Below, in pieces: positions 35,392-43,954 of a stretch of 64,000 nt of DNA (positions within the stretch are counted from its first letter, which is position 1; the number at the start of each line of letters is the position of its first letter). Both the position numbers and the translations under genes were made by a program. The DNA is taken from positions 90 to 64,089 of IMG/VR virus record IMGVR_UViG_3300035220_000425; one strand, given 5' to 3'. This DNA is from a virus. Lineage: Duplodnaviria; Caudoviricetes. The notes under the pieces were generated by a model that did no database searches, was not told where the DNA came from, and was given only the letters and a program-made list of their open reading frames with translations.

Positions 35392-36543
35392 ATGGCGACT
35401 TCCGTAAGAATCAAGAGAAGAGATGCCAGCGGCAGCGCGGGAGCACCTTCGACATTGCTGAATGGAGAATTAGCCTATAATGAAAATGACAATACTCTTT
35501 ACTATGGTTTCGGGGTTGGTTCTGGAACCACCGCTGCAAGCGTTAAGTCTATTGCTGGCGAAGGTTCTTACTTCAGTCGAAGCGAAAACATACAAGCGAA
35601 TAGGATCCTTGCAGGCCCTGCATCAGGCCTCGCCGCAAGCTCGACCTATAGGTTATTAGTCTCTGACGATATTCCTAGCATTGCTCATACCAAAATAAGC
35701 GATTTTGATGCTGGTGTTCAGGCTAATACTTTAGATACATTGGCTGCTGCTGCTGCTAATGTAGCTCTAGGTTCTAATAGAATTGTTGGTTTAGCTGATC
35801 CAGTAGACGCTACTGACGCTGCGAATAAACAGTATGTAGATGCTGCAAGATCTGGACTGGATGTCAAGCCTAGCGTTAGAGCGGCTACTACCGCAAATAT
35901 TACGCTTTCAAATACACAGACAGTCGATGGAGTAAGCCTTGCTGCCGGCGACAGAATCCTTGTCAAAGATCAAACAGATGGCTCAGAGAATGGCCTTTAT
36001 GCTGTCGTAAGTGGTGGTGCTTGGACTAGAACTTCAGACGCCAATGTTTCTGCAGAAGTCACCCCAGGATTGTTTACATTTGTAGAAGATGGCACAGTAA
36101 GCGCTAATAAAGGCTTTGTGCTAACAAATACAGGTAGTGTTAACCTTGGCACTGACAGCTTAGTCTTCGCGCAATTCTCTGACACGGGGATCATCACGGC
36201 TGGCAATGGATTAACTCAATCAGGACAAACTTTTAACATCGGCCAAGGTACTGGCATAACGGTGAACGCAAGTTCAATCCGTATATCTAGCAGCTATAGT
36301 GGTCAAAGCTCCATCACTACAGTTGGGACAATCAGCAGCGGAGCGTGGGGCGGTAATGCTATCGGAGCAGCTTACGGAGGAACAGGGCTAACTTCTGTCG
36401 CTAAGGGGTCGGTCCTTGTATCCAACACTGCGAATCAATTTACAGCTTTGGATGGTGGCGGATCGAATGACGGCCTTTTAGCCTACGACCAAGCAACTGA
36501 TACCATTTCATGGAGCAGTGTCATCGATGGTGGAGTTTTCTAA
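35392..36543 (+). CDS. Fibre/adaptor protein (GELA N-terminus, IDGGVF C-terminus)
   Basis: DAANKQYVD and VRAATTANITLS...GDRILVKDQT...NGLY domain. Confidence 0.75.
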   Translation: MATSVRIKRRDASGSAGAPSTLLNGELAYNENDNTLYYGFGVGSGTTAASVKSIAGEGSYFSRSENIQANRILAGPASGLAASSTYRLLVSDDIPSIAHTKISDFDAGVQANTLDTLAAAAANVALGSNRIVGLADPVDATDAANKQYVDAARSGLDVKPSVRAATTANITLSNTQTVDGVSLAAGDRILVKDQTDGSENGLYAVVSGGAWTRTSDANVSAEVTPGLFTFVEDGTVSANKGFVLTNTGSVNLGTDSLVFAQFSDTGIITAGNGLTQSGQTFNIGQGTGITVNASSIRISSSYSGQSSITTVGTISSGAWGGNAIGAAYGGTGLTSVAKGSVLVSNTANQFTALDGGGSNDGLLAYDQATDTISWSSVIDGGVF

Positions 36544-36590
36544 GATATAATTAATATATACGGCAGAATATGTGTAGCGAAGGTTAGGAC

Positions 36591-39500
36591 ATGCCCGATT
36601 TTGTGATCAAGCTAAGAAGATCGGGGACTACGGGCAATACTCCTGATGTTAATGATTTGCAATTAGGCGAATTAGCTGTAAATACTTATGATGGTAAGCT
36701 TTTTTTAAAAAAAGATGATGGAACCCCGGGCGTTATCGAAGTTGGGCAAGGATGTGACTTAACATGGACTGCAAGTACTAGAACTATATCTTCTAGCTCA
36801 GGGAATAATGCTGTCATAACTAATGTTACGACAAGTAATTCTGGGCTTATGTCCAGTACAGATAAGAGCAAGTTGGATGGCATAGCTGCTGGGGCTGAAG
36901 TAAATATAGGGACTGGCTTAAGTTACGTAGCTAACAGTCGAGAAATCCAATCATCTACTGGGGGCAATGCCACGCTGCCTGAAGTCGTAGCGGGCAGTAC
37001 GTCAGGACTTATGACGGGTTCGGACAAGACTAAGCTTGACGGGATAGCCACTGGCGCCGAAACTAACGTAGGGACAGACTTAACATACACTTCAGCTACA
37101 AGATCATTGAACTCATCTACGGGTTCAAATGTAGCGCTACCCCTTGTTGGTGCTGGCGGAACCGCTGGCTTAATGTCAGGGACTGATAAGACAAAGCTTG
37201 ACAGCATTCAATCGAATGCAGAAATTAATGTAAAAGCGGATTTTAATGCAACATCTGGTGACGCTCAGATCTTAAACAAGCCAACTATTCCAAGCAATCT
37301 TGGAGACTTAAGTAACGTAGATTCTACTACTCCTGCTAATGGTCAGGTCTTGACATGGGACGATACTAATTCTTACTGGGAAGCTGCAGATGCAGTAGCA
37401 GTAGCAGATTCAGGTAATGCTGATACTGTAGATAATCTACACGCATCTAGTTTCTTAAGGTCCGACACGTCAGACAGCATGACCGGATCCTTAACCGTAT
37501 CCGGGAATGTTTCCGCAGCCGGTACGATTTCTACCTCAGGACAAAACACCATAAATGAAGCCAGCACATTAAAATTTAGTCAAGAAACTACAACTCTTTC
37601 TCAAATCAGAGCTTACGGCTCAAATGCTTCTACGTTTGGAAGTCTTGAGTTTAAAGTTGGTCCTAGCACCGGAGCACCTCATACTCCGCTGACATTAACC
37701 AGTACAGGGGGCGCCATATTTACGGGTGATGTTCAAACAGGGGAGCGTGTTTATAGGACAGGTAAAACTGGTTTCTATCTTGACGCTACTTACATTCTTC
37801 CTGTAAAAAATGGCGCAGAATCAACCGATGGCTCAGTTAATTTTGGCAGTGCAACTTACCCTTTTGGATCCGCCACATTTGCGGGACGCTGTAATTTTGG
37901 TAGTAGTAGCGTTGCCGATGTTTCTGGCAAATTTAGCAATAGTGACGCAGCGTCAGCCACTTTATACGTCACAAACCATAACGCTTCAGGCACTCTTTTT
38001 TCAGGAAGAAATTCAAGCAACACTGAAGTAATTGATCTCGGAGTGGATGGAGCCGCCACATTTGCGGGGTCTGTCTACTCAGGAGGTGAAGCCTATAATG
38101 GTTCAGCTAATGGCGTCAGGCTGTATGAAAGCGGCACGATCTATGCGTCCAGATCCTCATCCAACGTTTTTACTGGATATACGACCGGAAGCTCAACGGA
38201 GACAAGCGTCATCACAGCCGCAGGAGCCGCCACATTTAAGGGTACCGTGTCAACAGAGAATTATTACACAGTTGATCGTAACATAACTCCTGGTACCGGC
38301 GCTTTATACCTAGGTTTCACTCAAGGAGTTCAGAAGTTTAAAGTAGGAACCGATGGATCCGCCACACTTGGGGGATCGATTGATTTAACCGACAGTACGG
38401 TAGATCTTTATTCACAAACTACCAACGCAAATTCAAAAACTTTTCAACTGTTTTCTGATATAGGCGGAACAAAAGTAGAAAAAGCCTTCATCAAAGCATC
38501 AGGCGACGCCACATTTGCCAATATTTATACTGATGGATGGTATAGAAATAATCAGGCAGGTGAAGGTTTATACAACCAATCAACTGATTCACATTTTTAC
38601 AGTGCCGGGTCTAACTATTGGCACATAAATGGAGACGATGGGGCATTGGGGGGCGGGGGTTTGATTCTTTATGATCGGTACCAACCAACGCAGGCCAGCG
38701 CAACTGGAAGAAAGGGTTATTTGTATTGGGACTCGACTGGCTTTGGTCTATTAAGTAATAATGGATCTTGGGCGTACCGACATAACAATACTCAGGCCGA
38801 TATTTATGGCACAATCAGGCAAGGCGGCACTAACATCGTCTGGCACGCAGGAAATGACGGCGCAGGTTCAGGCTTGGATGCTGACTTGTTAGACGGATTG
38901 CAAGGTTCTGTTTATATGAACAAGGGCTCTAGTAGTTCTTATTATCAGCCTGATAATTGGATTGATTTTAATACAACTAATGACGGTTTATATTGGTCTG
39001 GAAGCACGTCGGCTGGATGGCACATTTACCCAGCAGACGCTAATAACATGCGATTCAGAACGTCAGGCAATACATGCGGCTTAAGGCTGGATACCAATAA
39101 TGGCACTATCAGAGGGGTTCTTTATGCGGACAACAGCAATAACATTGGCATCTTGAACCAGAACGGAAATTGGCGGCTAAAATGTCCATCTAGTGGCTCA
39201 CTTTCTAGGGATGGTACCCAAACGATCTGGGACTCAGGTAATGACGGGTCGGGGTCAGGCCTAGATGCTGACACTGTAGATGGTGTGCATGCATCATCAT
39301 TCATACAGACAGATTCTAGTGGCAATTTATTATTGGCCGATGGAAAAGCTATTTTCATGTCAGGATTTACAGATGCTAATACTTTTAACATAGCATCATT
39401 GTTCGTTGATGCAATTAAGTGTGGCAACCTCCGCATTCATGATGGCCGCGAAACAACCGCCGGATCTGGCTTGATGCACAACACGATAATTGGAAATTCT

Positions 39501-40283
39501 GCTAGAACATTTACTACTGCTAGCGGAGATGTTAATACAGTAGTTGGGTCGTTTGCTGGTTACAGCATGTCTACCGGCCACGAAAACACTTTGATAGGAG
39601 CTAGGGCACAACAAGCGGTTACGACAGGTGGTTATGGGACTTATGTCGGTGTTGATGCAGGAAAAAATAAAAAATATGGTGATTACTGTACTGGAATTGG
39701 CTACAGATCAGACTTTTACACTACCGGTGGTAGCACTAACAATACTGAAAACTATTCAAATACAACCTGCCTAGGGTATGATTCTCGACCTAGTGGTAGC
39801 AATCAAGTGGTTGCTGGTAACACAAATGCTACCTTGCATTATTATGGTTTAAGTAACCGATCTGATGAACGTGACAAGATTGATATACAAGACGAATTCC
39901 TCGGATTAGATTTTATCAAAAAATTAAAACCGCGTGCTTATAAATGGGATTACCGTGATAATTACTTTGATGAGGTATTTGACGAAGTAGAAAACCCGGA
40001 CAATCCCGGCCAATTTGACAAAGAAGCAAGGCTTGTGCCTGTGCCTAAAGACGGGTCTCGCAGTGGTACTCGTTTACATCACGGTCTAATCGCACAAGAG
40101 GTAAAAGAAATAATTGATGAAACAGGCGTGGATTTTGCAGGCTATCAAGATAGTAAAGTCAAAGATGGTCAAGATGTTTTAAGCATGAACTATTTAGAAT
40201 TAATAGCACCTATGATCAAAGCAATTCAGGAGCAACAGGTGCAAATTGACTCTTTGAGTAAAACGATTGAGTCGATGAAATAA
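36591..40283 (+). CDS. Tail fibre A with C-terminal peptidase S74 chaperone
   Basis: GLMSxxDKxKLD x3, GSGLDAD repeats, GxATFxG junctions, SDERDK...GLIAQEV. Confidence 0.9.
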   Translation: MPDFVIKLRRSGTTGNTPDVNDLQLGELAVNTYDGKLFLKKDDGTPGVIEVGQGCDLTWTASTRTISSSSGNNAVITNVTTSNSGLMSSTDKSKLDGIAAGAEVNIGTGLSYVANSREIQSSTGGNATLPEVVAGSTSGLMTGSDKTKLDGIATGAETNVGTDLTYTSATRSLNSSTGSNVALPLVGAGGTAGLMSGTDKTKLDSIQSNAEINVKADFNATSGDAQILNKPTIPSNLGDLSNVDSTTPANGQVLTWDDTNSYWEAADAVAVADSGNADTVDNLHASSFLRSDTSDSMTGSLTVSGNVSAAGTISTSGQNTINEASTLKFSQETTTLSQIRAYGSNASTFGSLEFKVGPSTGAPHTPLTLTSTGGAIFTGDVQTGERVYRTGKTGFYLDATYILPVKNGAESTDGSVNFGSATYPFGSATFAGRCNFGSSSVADVSGKFSNSDAASATLYVTNHNASGTLFSGRNSSNTEVIDLGVDGAATFAGSVYSGGEAYNGSANGVRLYESGTIYASRSSSNVFTGYTTGSSTETSVITAAGAATFKGTVSTENYYTVDRNITPGTGALYLGFTQGVQKFKVGTDGSATLGGSIDLTDSTVDLYSQTTNANSKTFQLFSDIGGTKVEKAFIKASGDATFANIYTDGWYRNNQAGEGLYNQSTDSHFYSAGSNYWHINGDDGALGGGGLILYDRYQPTQASATGRKGYLYWDSTGFGLLSNNGSWAYRHNNTQADIYGTIRQGGTNIVWHAGNDGAGSGLDADLLDGLQGSVYMNKGSSSSYYQPDNWIDFNTTNDGLYWSGSTSAGWHIYPADANNMRFRTSGNTCGLRLDTNNGTIRGVLYADNSNNIGILNQNGNWRLKCPSSGSLSRDGTQTIWDSGNDGSGSGLDADTVDGVHASSFIQTDSSGNLLLADGKAIFMSGFTDANTFNIASLFVDAIKCGNLRIHDGRETTAGSGLMHNTIIGNSARTFTTASGDVNTVVGSFAGYSMSTGHENTLIGARAQQAVTTGGYGTYVGVDAGKNKKYGDYCTGIGYRSDFYTTGGSTNNTENYSNTTCLGYDSRPSGSNQVVAGNTNATLHYYGLSNRSDERDKIDIQDEFLGLDFIKKLKPRAYKWDYRDNYFDEVFDEVENPDNPGQFDKEARLVPVPKDGSRSGTRLHHGLIAQEVKEIIDETGVDFAGYQDSKVKDGQDVLSMNYLELIAPMIKAIQEQQVQIDSLSKTIESMK
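37866..38519 (+). repeat. Five in-frame GGNNNCGCCACAYTT junction repeats (fibre A)
   Basis: Copies at 37866, 38049, 38223, 38355, 38502. Confidence 0.85.
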
Positions 40284-40314
40284 CTGGTATAATGAAAGCA
40301 GCTAAATTACTAAA

Positions 40315-40488
40315 ATGGCTGAAACCAACCCTGAACTCACAAAGCTTCAAGAGTCTCAAAAAGTCCTTATTAGCGAGATTGAATCGCTAAACTCACAAGC
40401 AATGCAAAAACGTGAATTGCTTTTGAAGTATCAAGGAGTTATTGAGTATCTAAGTGCTCGGGAGGCTCAAGAGGAGTCAGATGAATAA
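40315..40488 (+). CDS. 57-aa coiled-coil protein, likely fibre assembly chaperone
   Basis: MAETNPELTKLQESQK...LLKYQGVIEYL; TGgTATAAT extended -10 at 40285-40293. Confidence 0.7.
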   Translation: MAETNPELTKLQESQKVLISEIESLNSQAMQKRELLLKYQGVIEYLSAREAQEESDE

Positions 40489-40542
40489 TAGTGTCAAAAT
40501 AATGGCAATATAACATAGCAAGACCGCCAAAGGAGACGATAA

Positions 40543-43500
40543 ATGACAGACACTACTGTCAAACTTAAAAGAAGTTCGACCTCTGGCGGCGTTCCAAATA
40601 TTTCGGATTTATCTCTGGGTGAGCTAGCAGTAAACACTTTTGACGGTAAATTATTTTTCAAGAAGGATAATGGAACCGCGTCGATCATAGAGGTTGGATC
40701 CGGCAGTGGTGGTGGTAGCGGGCCTTCAGCAGCAGTTAAGGTCTTGCTTTATGAAAAGACAAATAGTGGGAACGCTGACAGTTTTGATGGATCAGAGACC
40801 CAATTTCAACTACGCGACGATAGCGGCACAGTTATTAGCAACCTTTCGTCAGCATCTCAACTATTAATTAGCATTGACGGGGTAGTCCAAGAGCCTAATT
40901 CAAGTTCATCAGGCACTGACGGTTTCTATATTTCAAACACGGCAAGCGGAACAGACATTATCTTTCTAGCAGCCCCTGCATCGGGCTCAGATTTTTTCGG
41001 CATGGTGGGCATCCTTAGCGGAAGCTTTGCGACGGTTGCTACTTCAGGCGATTACGACGACTTAACGAATAAACCAACGTTATCTCCAGTAATGTCTGTT
41101 GCTGGTAAGACGGGTACGGTAGCACTGATACAGAGTGACATTGGTAGTGGCGCTGTAACTGCCACTACAGGCACCTACGCAAACGGTGCTACGTTTGGGG
41201 ACAGCGTAGGGATTGGCGGCTCACCAACTGGAGCCTTTGGTGCTATTGACAAAGGACTTTTGATTACTGGGACAAATACTTCAGTAGGACTACGTGTTCA
41301 TACATCTCATGGCAATTCCGGCATTTTAGAAATGTACGCTGAAAGCGGCGGATGCGTTTTTGATACACGCGGCAGTGACTATATTCGATTCGCAAGCGCC
41401 GGAACTGAGTTCATGCGAATCGATAGCTCGGGCAGCGTCAGTGTTGGTAGTACAGCCACATCTGGCACAGGTGTGCATCTCCGTCCATTTGGTAATGTTA
41501 TTTCACGCAGGGCTAGCGGTTCTTTGCAAGTCTTCGAAGGATATCAAGGGTCAACTTTAACTTCTGAGATCCTGGCTAATGGCAACGCTAGGTTTGGGGG
41601 CAAGGTAGGTATCGGTTGCACACCTGTTCGAGATCTTCAGTTACATACTTCTGACGCATCAAGTGAACTGATGCTTTCAAATAGCACTACTGGAGCAACC
41701 GCAGGTAGTGGCTTTATGATCCAGCAGGATGGTAACGATAATTATATTTGGAATAAAGAAAATAGTTTTATGTCGTTCGGGACTAATGCTCTCGAGCGGA
41801 TGCGAATCGACAGCACGGGCGACTTAAAGCTTCAGTATACGGGTAAGTTTATTCTGACTGAAGGTACTAATAGCGCTTTTTCAATATCCACAAACGGTGC
41901 AAATGGTCATTTTCTGATTAGAGATGAATATAATAGTTCAGATCGAATGATAATTAACAATTCTGGTCGCGTTGGAATCGGAACATCAAATCCCTCCCAT
42001 GCGTTACATGTAACTGGGGATATTAGGGCTGGCACAACTTCATATAATGATTACGGAATCAAAGCTTATACGAACTCTGCTTCTTATGGTGGAATCTATG
42101 CACAAAATAACAATCCCTCTGGATTTGTGTTCACTGGAAATAATGGTTCAGCCAACACAATTCTTATCAAGGCTGACGGGAAAGTTGAGACTACTGGCAG
42201 TGGCTCTTTCTATACAGTCAACCGCACAGGCACTCTATCTCCGACTGCTGCCTTATATCTTGGATTTGCTGATGGCAGTCAAAAGTTCAAGGTTGGAACT
42301 GACGGAACGGGGACATTCGCTGGCAAGCTTGGCGTTGGAACCACGACCCCAGCAAAAGACCTAGAGATTTTTAATGACAGTTTCCCGTGTCTCATGCTGA
42401 ATGATGGCAATCAGTATAAATCTTATATGCAACTAGGTGGCAATGACTTAGAAATTCGAGGAAGTTCAGGAAAACTTGAGTTTTACACAGGTGCAGCCGA
42501 TGGCTTGTCATCAGACGAGAGAATGTGCATTACTAACGCGGGCAAGGTTGGAATTGGTAACGCAGATCCAGGTGCTTTACTTCAGGTAGCAAACTCCAGC
42601 AACCACGGTGTAGTTCGTGTTGGAGGAAACAATGATGGAGCGACTGGTCTTGACATTAATTACTCAAATGGTGGCACTACCTCTACAACTATTAAGCAGA
42701 ATTACCGCGCAACTAATGGAAATGCATTATTAAATATTGATACTGGTATCTTTACGGTTTCGACCGGAACTAGTGGCGACGAGCATATGCGAATCGATGG
42801 CACGGGCAGGTTGTTAGTAGGTACGACTTCACCAACAACATCTAGCGTTACAACACGAATAAGTGCTTATTCAGATACTAATGACTGGATGTTGATGGAC
42901 ATTGGAGCCACACAGAGTGGCAATACGGGTGGAGTTTATGGAGTCAGGAGTAGATCAGCATCAAACAATCCGATTGCCGTAGCTAGTGCTTTTGAAAGTG
43001 CTACTGAAGTTGTATGTTATTACGGTGGTGGTTGGGGTGGTTACGGTCGATCGGCTAATAATTTAAGGTTTTATACATCCGCCGCTGTAGATAACGCATC
43101 TGGAACATCTGGGAACGAGCGAATGAGGATTCGCCCGGATGGCAGCGTGCTTATTGGCACTACTACCGCTTCCTCTCATGGGAATAGACTTCTACAGATT
43201 GGAAAAACAGACAGAAGTGAGACTTATCTAGAACTTAGAACGGCAACAACTGGAGTATCAGGACTTTTATTTAGCAGAGGAACTGGTGGAGGCACATCAG
43301 GATACAAAGGGACTATTGAATACAATCAATCTAGTGACTATATGCTGTTTAAGACTGAACATACCGAGCGGATGCGAATCGACAGTAATGGTACATTGCG
43401 TACTCTCATGACGGGTGGTTCAGGAAGACTTCACCTTGCAACTGATCAAGGGGCTGGAAGTACTATTCTTTTAAATGTTGTTAACAGTAGGACTGTCATT

Positions 43501-43908
43501 AATAGTGGTGGTTCTGCATCTTGCAGGATTTACTCAGACGGTGATATTGAAAATAGCAACAATTCCTACGAAGTCCTCTCTGACGAAAATTTGAAAGAAA
43601 ACATTGTCGATGCAAATTCACAATGGGATGACATCAAAAGCTTGAGAATCCGTAAATTTAACTTTAAAGAAGAAACAGGTAATTCAATGCACACGCAAAT
43701 TGGTGTTGTTGCACAAGAGGTTGAACTTGTTTCCCCAGGATTGGTCAAAGTCAGACCTGCTCTTACCGAAGAAGGTGAGGAAGCAGGAGATACGGTTAAG
43801 ACTGTTAGCTCCTCTGTGCTCTACATGAAAGCAGTCAAAGCTCTTCAAGAAGCAATGGAGCGGATCGAAACCCTTGAGCAGCGTTTATCTGATGCTAGTA
43901 TCGCCTAG
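40543..43908 (+). CDS. Tail fibre B with ERMRI repeats and C-terminal peptidase S74 chaperone
   Basis: GELAVNTFDGKLF N-terminus; seven ERMRI-like units; SDENLK...GVVAQEV. Confidence 0.9.
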   Translation: MTDTTVKLKRSSTSGGVPNISDLSLGELAVNTFDGKLFFKKDNGTASIIEVGSGSGGGSGPSAAVKVLLYEKTNSGNADSFDGSETQFQLRDDSGTVISNLSSASQLLISIDGVVQEPNSSSSGTDGFYISNTASGTDIIFLAAPASGSDFFGMVGILSGSFATVATSGDYDDLTNKPTLSPVMSVAGKTGTVALIQSDIGSGAVTATTGTYANGATFGDSVGIGGSPTGAFGAIDKGLLITGTNTSVGLRVHTSHGNSGILEMYAESGGCVFDTRGSDYIRFASAGTEFMRIDSSGSVSVGSTATSGTGVHLRPFGNVISRRASGSLQVFEGYQGSTLTSEILANGNARFGGKVGIGCTPVRDLQLHTSDASSELMLSNSTTGATAGSGFMIQQDGNDNYIWNKENSFMSFGTNALERMRIDSTGDLKLQYTGKFILTEGTNSAFSISTNGANGHFLIRDEYNSSDRMIINNSGRVGIGTSNPSHALHVTGDIRAGTTSYNDYGIKAYTNSASYGGIYAQNNNPSGFVFTGNNGSANTILIKADGKVETTGSGSFYTVNRTGTLSPTAALYLGFADGSQKFKVGTDGTGTFAGKLGVGTTTPAKDLEIFNDSFPCLMLNDGNQYKSYMQLGGNDLEIRGSSGKLEFYTGAADGLSSDERMCITNAGKVGIGNADPGALLQVANSSNHGVVRVGGNNDGATGLDINYSNGGTTSTTIKQNYRATNGNALLNIDTGIFTVSTGTSGDEHMRIDGTGRLLVGTTSPTTSSVTTRISAYSDTNDWMLMDIGATQSGNTGGVYGVRSRSASNNPIAVASAFESATEVVCYYGGGWGGYGRSANNLRFYTSAAVDNASGTSGNERMRIRPDGSVLIGTTTASSHGNRLLQIGKTDRSETYLELRTATTGVSGLLFSRGTGGGTSGYKGTIEYNQSSDYMLFKTEHTERMRIDSNGTLRTLMTGGSGRLHLATDQGAGSTILLNVVNSRTVINSGGSASCRIYSDGDIENSNNSYEVLSDENLKENIVDANSQWDDIKSLRIRKFNFKEETGNSMHTQIGVVAQEVELVSPGLVKVRPALTEEGEEAGDTVKTVSSSVLYMKAVKALQEAMERIETLEQRLSDASIA
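41407..43385 (+). repeat. ERMRID junction repeats with DNA core ATGCGAATCGA
   Basis: Core at 41413, 41800, 42787, 43372; diverged copies at 41941, 42517, 43117. Confidence 0.8.
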
Positions 43909-43954
43909 CTCTTTCTGCTAGGCAGACTAGTGAAGATTTTTAGCCCTAAGTCAG

